In this document: positions 21,425 through 30,857 of the stretch, in pieces | How the letters are laid out: every line of letters starts with the position of its first letter | Numbering within the stretch: the stretch's first letter is position 1 | Assembly: GCF_000400465.1 (NCBI RefSeq) | Contig: NW_008806283.1 | Span: 90,001 to 122,000 of the forward strand | Direction: 5' to 3' | Origin: Wallemia ichthyophaga EXF-994 | Taxonomy: Eukaryota > Fungi > Basidiomycota | Length of the DNA stretch: 32,000 nucleotides | The notes under the pieces: model-generated | Databases searched by the model: none | Seen by the model: only the letters and a program-made list of their open reading frames with translations | What the model was told of the DNA's origin: nothing | Position numbers and translations under genes: made by a program

Positions 21425-23289
21425 ATGAAATCTGATAATAAATCGCAGACGCAGAGCAATAAGGTTTGTGGAGGTATTTGATCGGTGTGAACTGCTGCTA
21501 ATAACGCCTACAGTCTAGTACTTCTGTACAGGCTAACAACCGCAACGATATCGCGATACAAACGTCACCAGCACTCTACGACAACAGTGATGGCCTTCTC
21601 GGTCCGTCGAGCACGTCGCTCCATCAGCAACACCAGCCACATCAGGGCGTATATCTCAATCGCAGCAACTCTCACGCAGACGGCCGCTCGCGCTCTGTAT
21701 CCTTCGCCAGCACAGCGGCACCATCGCGTGTTTCACCAAATGATCCCTATGCCGCGTTTAGATCAAAGTCTACAATATCCTTAGCGCTGCCTACGGGTGA
21801 TGCTATCGAGGTCGAGGATGAGCCTGACCAGCTCCCAGAGCACAAGGAGAGTCGCGAGAAGACGCCGTCTCCCCAGCAGCCATCGACGCGGATACAGATA
21901 TTTAAGAGGATGTGCATCATCAATCTTGTGGCTTTCTCTTTCGGTATCGATGCCACGCTTTGGCTGCCAAGTGTCTACAGCTTCATTCTCACAGTGCGTC
22001 CGAACGACGCGGACAAATATCTCGCTGTGACACAGGCTGTCAGCGCACTCGCGCAGCTCATAGTCTCCCTCAGCATCGGTGTCTTTGCAGCAAAAGTGCG
22101 CTCGCTGAAATGGACCATCGTCGTCTGTATCTCGCTATCGTTCGCTGGTAACTTCCTCTATTCGTGCGCAGGTGTCGGTGCGATTGGCAATGTAGGGGCG
22201 ATTATAGGCGGTAGGATTCTCTGCGGTGTGGCTTCCGGCAGCTCTGGTCTCGCGATGGGTTTTATCGCCATTTCCACAGCCAACGTCGATAGACTGGAGG
22301 CGCTTTCGCAGTACAGAACGTATGCGGGTATAGCGCTAGTGCTCGGTCCTGCTCTCAACGCCCTCTTCGGTCTGATCGATGTCCAGATTGGGAACTACCA
22401 GGTCAACGAGAACAACGCACCGACATACTGTTCTTCGTTTATCATGGCCTTTCTCTCAATCCTACTCGCAGTCTTCCTCAGCAACAAGACTAAACCAGCT
22501 CCGAACCCGATCTTACCTGCTATCGAGTTCTTCAGGAGAGGCCACTACGGACCATCGCTGATCATCCTCTGTTCCATGCTCAGCAGCTCTTATGTCTCCG
22601 CTCTCATCCTTTACGTACTCCCAGACCGTCTCAGCAGTTTCTGGGGCTTCAGCACGGGTGTGCAGGCTGGATTGCAAACAGCAGTCTATGCAGCAGGCTT
22701 AATTGGTAGTCTGCTCAGCTCGTACATTCGTGACGGACTAGGACGACTTGTCCTCAAGATCACCTCATGGAAGGTGGGCGTCGATCGAGTAACGCTTCTC
22801 GAGCGCGCCAAGACAGACGGCGGCGTGAGCGCCGGTGCGCCTCTCTATACGGGTATTGGACTGGAGATTCTACTTGGTATTGTATCCTTCATGTGGGTCA
22901 GTCTAGGGTTAATAGCGATGATGATCTCGTTCGGATGCGATTTCGCTTATGACAGCTCACAAGCGGGCACTGCAGCAGGATTTCTTATCGGATGTGCTAT
23001 CGTTATGGTTGGATATAACATCCAAGCAGCCGTCCTGCCCACTCTGTTCTCCAAATCACTGCCAAATGACCTCAGAGTCAGTCTCACCCCATGGTACGGC
23101 GCTACGGTGGCCATGGGCAAGATTCTCGCACCGCTTATCACGGAGGCTATCACTGGTGCTACACCTACTGGCGGTCGCACGGGTGGGAACCAGCTCGGCG
23201 GATATGCGTTGGCACTGGGCGTTAGCGCTATAGGTGTAGTAACTACCTATTGGGTGAAATATCACCTGTCGCATGCTACAGCGTCGTAA
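21425..23289 (+). CDS. Major facilitator superfamily transporter (MFSD8/CLN7-like) with a long soluble N-terminus; exons 21425-21463 and 21514-23289
   Basis: The frame is open from 21514 through the 21910-23289 ORF, with intron 21464-21513 (GTTTGT...CTAA...CAG). About 12 hydrophobic segments; GRILCGVASG and VLGPALNALF...NENNAP. The exact start is uncertain. Confidence 0.75.
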
Positions 23290-23568
23290 TCTGGTGTGGC
23301 TTACATTTTCATACATGCATACACACACTCACGCTTACACCCATATTCAACTCTCACACCCCCTTGACATACGGATATACACAGCAGACAGCAGACAGCA
23401 CACAGCACGCGTAATTTATTACATATTTTTTACTCGGATAGAAAATAATAACACATTTCCATCTTCATAATGCATTTCCCATTTTCTGTTTTCATCGAAT
23501 TTTCATTTTCGCTTATCTTATCGGCGTCGCTTACGTCATTACAACCATCAAAAGACATTAAAGGAGAT

Positions 23569-25703
23569 ATGTTGAGCTGTATATTTGGCAGAAACCACAG
23601 CAGAACGGGCTTTACACCGCCCATTGAACACTTGCCCACGTTGGAGATCAAGGAGCCGCTGCAGACATCCCGCACAGAGCTCGATGAGAGACTTGCGGAT
23701 TTGAGGGAGCTGCTTATAGACAGCAAGCTGGACTACTACCTTATTCCCACCACTGATGCCCATGCTTCAGAGGAGGTAGCGGCTGCCGATGCCCGACTAA
23801 GCTTTGTATCTGGGTAAATCAACGGTTTACAAGACGCGAGCTATCCCTGACGCTCCCATAGCTTCACCGGCAGCTCTGGAATTGCGATAGTGGGTCAGCA
23901 CGCTGCACACCTATGGACCGACTCGCGCTACTTCATACAAGCAGAACGCCAACTCAGCGACGCGTGGACGCTGCACAAGGACGGGCTTCCTGGAGTTCCT
24001 ACGTGGCTTGAGTGGCTCAAGGGACTGTGCTGCTGCAGAATCGGTGTCGATCCGAAGCTGGTCGCATACACACAAGCACAGGCCATAGGTGACAACCTAC
24101 GTGAGTCAGACTGTGTGCTAGTCCATACGCACAACCTCGTCGACCGCATCTGGTACGACAGACCGCATCTGCCACTCAAGCCGCTTTTCGAGCTGAGAGT
24201 GCAGTTCGCGGGAGTTCATGCATCGCAGAAGCTGCACAGCGTCGATGCATATCTGGGTAGCAAGCGCGCACTCATCGCTACCGCTCTCGACGATGTGGCC
24301 TGGACGCTTAATCTGAGGTGGGAGGGTGTGTGCTGGGTGACACACTAGCTAATCCGAATACAACTTCACTTGCAGATGCCACGGGAGCGTTCCTTTCAGC
24401 CCCGTATTCTACTCCTATCTCTTTCTCTCGCAGGCTAAGAAGATATTGTTCGTGCACAAGCAGCAGCTCACTAAGGACGTCAGCGCATACCTGCACGAGC
24501 TGGGCGTCGAGGTTGACGATTACGACGCTGTGGACAGCAGGCTGAAAGAGGTGTCAGAGGGGTTCACTACGGTGCTCGCATCCCAGTCTGTCTCCTATGC
24601 CGTAGCAGCCGACTGCACATTCGAACGCATCAGGACTACCACCTCGCCTATCACGCTGTGGAAAGCTGTGAAGAATGAAACGGAGCTGCAGGGAGCTCGC
24701 GAAGCATACAAGCGAGATGGACTAGCTTTTGTCCGTTTCCTCGCATGGCTCGATGGACAGGTCAGAGCGGGAAACCCCAACCTCACCGAGTGGACAGTCA
24801 GTGGCAAGTTTGACGAGTTCAGGAAGGCGTTGCCCCTGTTCAAGGGTCTGGCGTACGAGAACATCTCTGCAACAGGCGCCAATGCAGCTCTGCCTCACTA
24901 CGCAGCTGGTCCTGATGCTCCCAAACTCGATCTGAGCACGCCTTACTTGAAGTAAGGAGACTCTTTGCAATGCATACGCAGCTTTGTTCGCTTTGCTCAC
25001 ACACCTCAGTGACTCTGGCGGACAGTATCTTGATGGGACTTGCGATACTACGCGCACTGTCCACCTGGGCACCCCGACAGCTGAGCAGAAGGTAGCGTTC
25101 ACGCGTGTCCTCCAGGGACACATCGCCATAGACTCGCTCGTCTTCCCTGAAGGCACGACTGGTGGCCATATCGACGTGCTCGCGAGACGTCCACTGTGGC
25201 GTGAAAACCTCGACTATGGCCATGGCACTGGGTGTGTGGGGCTTTTTTTTTTGTGGTTGCACCTGCTCACAACTCAATACAGACACGGCATAGGCTCGTA
25301 TTTGAACGTACACGAGGGACCACATGGGATTAATAAGGGTGTGACATTCGCTGAGCACCCACTGCGTATCGGTTGCATCAACTCGAATGAGCCTGGATAT
25401 TGTGAGACGTGAATTTTTTATCGATAGTATAACCACTCACGAGAGCTATCTACAGACGCCGAGAACAGATTCGGAATGCGCATCGAGTCTGTCGTCGCAG
25501 TTCAGGCGGCTGAACAAGAAGGTTGGCTGAAATACGACCGCTTGACTCAGGTTCCGATCGACAAACGTCTCGTCGACTTTGGGTTGCTGGACAAGTCAGA
25601 GAGGAATTGGCTCGAAGCGCACAACCAAGATGTCAAGAGAATGCTGTTGCCAATGCTAGATAAGTCTGAGACACTCGCGAAAGAGTGGTTGGAGAGGGTG
25701 TAA
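23569..25703 (+). CDS. Xaa-Pro aminopeptidase (aminopeptidase P, M24B), 5 introns
   Basis: [25 protein letters not shown]; metal ligands in [37 protein letters not shown] and MRIES. Five GT-AG introns restore the frame. An alternative in-frame ATG lies at 23470. Confidence 0.95.
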
Positions 25704-25754
25704 TGACATGATGAATCAAGTGTACATGCTATGCTACAATAACAATCTTTGCTT

Positions 25755-26742
25755 TCACAAACTCGCTTTCGCACCGCTTGCCATAGTCACGCGCTCAATT
25801 TCGGGTATCTGATCAGGCGCATCGATGCGAAAATGCGGGATAGTGTCGAATGCTATAGAGGCCACACGAATCATAACACGTCTGCAAGGTCAGTCTGTGA
25901 GTAGATGAATCAGGCACACACGTAACCCACGCTGTGAATCCCAGTATCGGCTTGACGCCATTTCGACCAGTTTCGAAGACGTGTTTGCGGAGGTGGTGAG
26001 AAGGTGCGACTGGGTCTATGTCGTCGAAGTGCTGCGTGCGAGAGCGGGAGTGTGAGTGTTAGTGGTGATGTGAGGACTACAACCCACCCAGTGATAGATA
26101 TCGTCCGGGCTCTCGAGGTGCTTCAGCCGTAGGAGAAGGCTGTCTGCTTTGTGACAAAGGAAAGATTGGAGGGGATGAGAGAACAGCCTCTGCACTGTAA
26201 TGTGATCAGTGGAGTATCACCAACATAGGCACACACCCTCATCCTCATTCAACATCGGCACCAACGCCCTATCGGTAATGAGACATACTACCGGCCACAC
26301 TGTCAGCGCCGACGCGTTCGAGTATGCGAGGTGGGGCGGGAGCGTGGCCACATAGCGCACGCGCTGCAAATCACTACGCGGCAAACCTACCTCCTCTTCC
26401 GCTTCACGACGAGCTGTGTCCTCTGGAAAAATATCTTGCTCGTCGCGCTTGCCGCCTATTAGACAGGTATCGGATGGATATGCGCTGAGTAGCGGGCTCC
26501 GTTGGGATAACAAGACGTGGAGATCAGAGAGACGCCCTACAAATATCGCTACCATTACAGCCGCATGCTTGCCCGTGGATGACGAGGGATAGCGCGTGCG
26601 CGGGATGGATGCTTCCGATAGTCGCTGCAAGTAGCTGCATCCCTGAGCGGAGGCAGAGATAACACAATAACACCCACGCCTTCGAATTTTCATTCAGTCC
26701 GGCCACGTCGTCCAGTTTGAGAGAATGTGCGTGTGAGGTCAT
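25755..26742 (-). CDS. PCD1: Nudix hydrolase, CoA pyrophosphatase (PCD1/NUDT7-like), 4 introns, C-terminus ...GAKASL
   Basis: AAVMVAIF, LLSQRS..L, Nudix box GGKRDEQD...TARREAEEEVGL, LNEDEV..LFSHPL and ILGFTA.VMI. ATG at 26742 with first intron 26635-26677; stop at 25755-25757. Confidence 0.85.
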
Positions 26743-26847
26743 CGACGTTCTTATCAGGGATGGTGCACATTTTAATCGTCATCGTTATTCTTACAATACA
26801 TCAAAACATAAAGAATAAGAAAAAAACATTTACAAATCCTACTGCAG

Positions 26848-27984
26848 TCACGCAACAAAAACAGCAGGATCGACGCGTGCATCCTCAACGCATCTGTCGA
26901 AATACCGTTTCCTCAACTCTGCATCCTCAGCCTGTTTTACCAGCTCAATCTGTGCATACTCATTCCAGTAAGCGCCTCCAGGTAAATTTTCTTTCGGTTC
27001 ACTTGCAAGATGCAAACCCGGCGCAGCGCCTTCTGCTGGCGTTCTTCCAAAATAGCTCATAATGTAAGTAAAGGGGTAGGTAATGAGCCAAGAGACCCCA
27101 TAGTGCGCCTTATCGGTGATGGTAGTGTTGACCGCGCCTGGATGGTATACCCCGACCCAAATGTGCTTGTCAGCAAGGCGCTGCTGCAGTTCTTTTACTA
27201 CCACGTTCAACAGCAGTTTCGAGTCGGCGTAAATGGCGAAAGCGTTGATAACATAGCCATAAACGTTCCAGCTGTCCCTAAGCGGAGTCCTCTTGTTTGG
27301 AGGTGGGCGACTGGGCAGTGAGGTGAACATATATGCACCAGAGCCAGTAAAAATGATACGCGAGTCTGTTGAGTTAAGACAAGGCAAGAGGTGGCTAATC
27401 AAGGCAAGATGACCGATCACATTACATGCATACGTCATCTCAAGCCCGTCTGCACTGCTGCTCGAGGCCGTGTTGGGCGATATGAGACCTGCGTTCAAGA
27501 ACAGCGTGTCGATTGTGCGCGCGTCTTCTGCCTGCTCAGTCCAGCGCTGGCCGAAAGAACGGACTGAGTTGAGAGAAGAGAGGTCGATTTGCCACAAGTC
27601 AACAACCAAGTCGGGGCACCTTTCTTTTATCTCAGAGCGTGCCGCTTCTCCTTTGTCCATCGAGCGGCAGCCCATCACAAGCCTCTTGACGCCACTTTGG
27701 GCGACGTGGTCACACATAGCCAATCCGATCCCAGCATTCGCGCCAATGCAGATTATCGTCTTTCCTCGAAAGGCGTTGCTGTTGATGTTGTTGATTTTCT
27801 TGTTACTATCCTTTTCGAATGCACTAAACATGGTGGTAATACTGATAGCGATGGATTGCTGACTTGAGATTACTTGGAGAAAAATTGAGTCAATTAATGG
27901 ATGCAATTGAGCATTTCGTACATATTCATGAACCTTTTCTGTTGTCATCTTAATCCCATGATTACCGAAACCAAGACCGGCCAT
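26848..27984 (-). CDS. Classical short-chain dehydrogenase/reductase (retinol dehydrogenase/WWOX-like, probably NADP-dependent); start uncertain (27984 or 27831)
   Basis: GANAGIG Rossmann motif, CRSMDKG, DLSSLNSV, LNAG, catalytic YADSK and HPGAVNT. Confidence 0.92.
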   Translation of the reverse strand: MAGLGFGNHGIKMTTEKVHEYVRNAQLHPLIDSIFLQVISSQQSIAISITTMFSAFEKDSNKKINNINSNAFRGKTIICIGANAGIGLAMCDHVAQSGVKRLVMGCRSMDKGEAARSEIKERCPDLVVDLWQIDLSSLNSVRSFGQRWTEQAEDARTIDTLFLNAGLISPNTASSSSADGLEMTYACNVIGHLALISHLLPCLNSTDSRIIFTGSGAYMFTSLPSRPPPNKRTPLRDSWNVYGYVINAFAIYADSKLLLNVVVKELQQRLADKHIWVGVYHPGAVNTTITDKAHYGVSWLITYPFTYIMSYFGRTPAEGAAPGLHLASEPKENLPGGAYWNEYAQIELVKQAEDAELRKRYFDRCVEDARVDPAVFVA

Positions 27985-29355
27985 AACGCAGCCGATTCGT
28001 TTATTAACAATTTGATTAAAATAACAGCATCATCGTTCTCAAAATCACTCAAGCATTTCAAATACATCTCCATATATATCCTCCGCTCAATATCCATCGA
28101 GTATGATTTCTCGATTACCACCTATCTCATGTCAGACGGTGGATTTACGAGTTTTGATGATCTCTGAATAAAGCGCTTAACATATAGCCCTGAATTTTTT
28201 CTACATTTAAGTCACCAGAACTATGTTCCTGAGACTCCAGTTGTGCCCTAGAGGCTGCTCGGAAGTTGAAATCCGGCATCGCTCTGGAGCACGCTTCAGG
28301 ATAGACATGCGGAGTTTTTCGCGATTTATCGATAGACATGATTCTTTATAGCTGGTAGTGATCGCAAGAACCTAGTAATTCAAGTATTCACTCTTCTAGA
28401 CGCGATTTACGGGTTTCGACAAGTGGCGTCCACACGACTCAACTCTGGCTCCAGGGAAGTAATATTGTCATTCATGACTTTTCAACGACTATTGAATACA
28501 ATTTATCCAAAGAAAGTAGGGGTCAGCTAAACTCTAAAATCGGGGGTTTGGATTAACCCAGTGCATTTCGAGACTTCAAAAGAATGGATGTGATGGCGGT
28601 TAAGGCTGTACTGGAATCTTATATTGCAGGAATGTATAGAGATGCATTCGAAATCACCCTGAGACCTACCACATCTAGCTGGACTAGTGCAGAGCACATC
28701 ACCACGCTATCAATGACATTAACACTCTCGAATTGATCCAAAGAGCAATTCCTATAGAATGATACCCATGTTGCTCAAGTTTGAAGTCATTAAGGTGCTA
28801 TGACAAAAACGTCATTGAACTCGTGTGTGCATTCCTTGGGCGTAATGCGTCAATAACAACTAAGAGATATCGGTAATAATGATTGAATATTATTCGAGAT
28901 TTAAAATAGTTGGAGAGAGCTTTGAGGGCTTTGGCACACTCGTGAGCGCACCTACTTGGCCCAGTGGTCTCTTTCTATTCGTGACACAAGACGTGGGGCA
29001 AAATGATTCTTAAACGGCAATATAACATATCTTATATCGATCTTATATCAATACTAGGGCTTCCAAGGGTGATAATTCTGCAATTGAGAAATTTTACTCA
29101 ACCAGCACATAAGTTATGTTCACAAGGACTTGCGACAGTTTTATCAAGTTTAAAGCGTTGAAATAGTTCGAATTGACTTACAGCATTTTAATTGCCAAAA
29201 AATATCCGCTGTATGTATGATGATGATGAAATCTGAATTCATTGCTAAGACCATACATGCTTAAAATTGCGTTAACCAATACTCATTGAAGCATGAGGAG
29301 TCAAAAATTCAGCTTGAGGCTGAGATATTAGATATTTAAGGTTCATTGTGAGCGG

Positions 29356-29362
29356 TATATAA
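29356..29362 (+). promoter_or_regulatory. TATATAA about 30 bp upstream of the tRNA gene
   Basis: Located at -34 to -28 relative to tRNA base 1, the position expected for TBP/TFIIIB. Confidence 0.5.
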
Positions 29363-29389
29363 CTGCTTCCAGGACAACCGAAGCCATCT

Positions 29390-29470
29390 GGTTTTGTAGT
29401 GTAGCGGTTATCACCGTGGATTTTGACGCAAAGACTTCCATTAACCCCGGTTCGAATCCGGGCAAGACCT
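29390..29470 (+). tRNA. tRNA-Gln (anticodon UUG) with a 9-nt intron at canonical position 37/38 (29427-29435)
   Basis: Acceptor stem GGTTTTG/CAAGACC, D-arm A-box, anticodon stem GTGGA/TCCAT, T-arm CCCGG-TTCGAAT-CCGGG. Intron CGCAAAGAC can pair with the anticodon loop. Closely resembles yeast tRNA-Gln(UUG). Confidence 0.96.
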
Positions 29471-29480
29471 TTTGTATTTT
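29470..29480 (+). terminator. Pol III oligo-dT terminator (TTTTGTATTTT)
   Basis: T runs immediately 3' of the tRNA. Confidence 0.7.
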
Positions 29481-29743
29481 GCCTCACTAAATTTTGCCCC
29501 ATTTTTCCTTACATCTAGATCCTTTTAGGAGATTTACGAGCTCAAGAGATGATTCCATAAAGTTGATGAATAGATGTCTGCAGATGAAGAAGACAAAGAC
29601 AAAGCGACAGGCGAGTTTGAGGGGAATGGGGAGAAGAAGAGCAAGAAATTTGAAAAAGTGAAAGGGAGTGTAAACATGATTAAGAAAAAGGATAAAAAGG
29701 GATAAATGACGGATAAAAGCACGACGCGGGATGAAGAGGTACA

Positions 29744-30169
29744 ATGAGAATAACCAATTTGATAGGAATATTGATGGTTTGGATTGGAATGGTATTAGGA
29801 GATACGGAAGTGATGAATTTAAGGTTTAAAGAGGGTGGTAGAGTGGGTGGAGTGGTGTTAACTGAGGATATCCATTACCCGATAGAAGTACAAGCAGAGG
29901 GGAAGAAGTGTGAGACTTATCAATTAAAAGGGTTCACAGAGGGAGAATTATTGAGAGTGAGAATGAGTTGGATTGGAAGTGTTCCAGTTAATATCATTGG
30001 GAGAGTATTAAATGGTGGATTCGATATTTGTTACAATACTAATGAATCAACGACAATACACTTGACAGTAGAGAACGCAATTTACAACAAATTTAATTTT
30101 ACAATTATTTCAATCTTATCTGCATTCGTCATCGTATTCTCGACTCAAAATGGGCAATTCAACTTCTAA
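29744..30169 (+). CDS. PGA1: PGA1-like accessory subunit of GPI mannosyltransferase II (type I ER membrane protein, 141 aa)
   Basis: Signal peptide followed by DTE (NTE in yeast Pga1). YQLKGFTEGELLRVRMSWIGSVPVNI aligns by eye with yeast [27 protein letters not shown], and there is a C-terminal TM helix. Confidence 0.65.
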   Translation: MRITNLIGILMVWIGMVLGDTEVMNLRFKEGGRVGGVVLTEDIHYPIEVQAEGKKCETYQLKGFTEGELLRVRMSWIGSVPVNIIGRVLNGGFDICYNTNESTTIHLTVENAIYNKFNFTIISILSAFVIVFSTQNGQFNF

Positions 30170-30662
30170 AGCGGTGAGAAGACTCCCAAAAACTCAATCA
30201 AAACAAGTACCGAAGGCAACTGAATCTTTAGATAGATTGAAGAATCCTAGCACTTCACATGATGAGCCACACACAAAACCAAATGCAGCCATGAAAGATG
30301 GCCAAGATCCAGATTTTATGAATAATTTGTCAAAAATTGATCCAGTTAAGATTGAGAAAGCTCAAACAAATTTTAGACCTTCAGATAAGATGATCAACAT
30401 TTTGAGAGGCAGGAAGGTGGAGAGCGAGGTGGATAACGCAGCAATGGCGTATAATAGGCTATCTCCTCAGTCTTTGTTGGTTTACTTGGAGGAGCGTAAG
30501 AATGGCGGTGATGTTGGGCAGCTTAATAGATCATTCAACGTTAACGACAGTGACGCTGAAATCATTGAGAAATACACAGCAGCACCAACAACAGGCACTC
30601 CGTTTACAGTCAAAGTCGATGAAAATTCTGGTGAAATCCAAAGAGTCATCGTATCTTTGTAA
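30150..30662 (+). CDS. Conserved fungal protein with N-myristoylation motif (MGNSTSK); NDUFAF4/UPF0240-like complex I assembly factor candidate
   Basis: ATG in optimal context (caaaATGG). By-eye similarity to human NDUFAF4: QDPDFMNNLSKI vs KDEKLLSFLKDV, and NRLSPQSLLVYLEERK...SFNVNDSDAEIIEKY vs GKISIVEALTLLNNHK...EYQLEQKDVNSLLKY. Confidence 0.55.
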   Translation: MGNSTSKAVRRLPKTQSKQVPKATESLDRLKNPSTSHDEPHTKPNAAMKDGQDPDFMNNLSKIDPVKIEKAQTNFRPSDKMINILRGRKVESEVDNAAMAYNRLSPQSLLVYLEERKNGGDVGQLNRSFNVNDSDAEIIEKYTAAPTTGTPFTVKVDENSGEIQRVIVSL

Positions 30663-30857
30663 TCTCTTTGCCCAGATTTAATTAGTTACGCACGCACAGA
30701 TACACGTTCAGCCAAACAGAGACAGCTACAGCCTTGTATAATTATATTTGAATTTTATTTTATTTGAGTATTCCGCGCAGTCTCGATCAAATCGATCGAA
30801 GCGCTTTTAATAGAATCCCGCTTCAGCCACCATTCCTCTTAATCCACAACTTCCATT

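Noticed and set aside
26839-26850. SDR stop in readthrough-prone context TGA CTG
   Set aside because: Readthrough would add only X-Leu-Gln, which is not a PTS1, so there is no cryptic peroxisomal isoform.
29272-29570. Minus-strand ORF antisense to the tRNA, extendable by a putative GTAAGG...AAG intron
   Set aside because: No branch-point motif and no recognisable protein; it is the reverse complement of a structural RNA gene.
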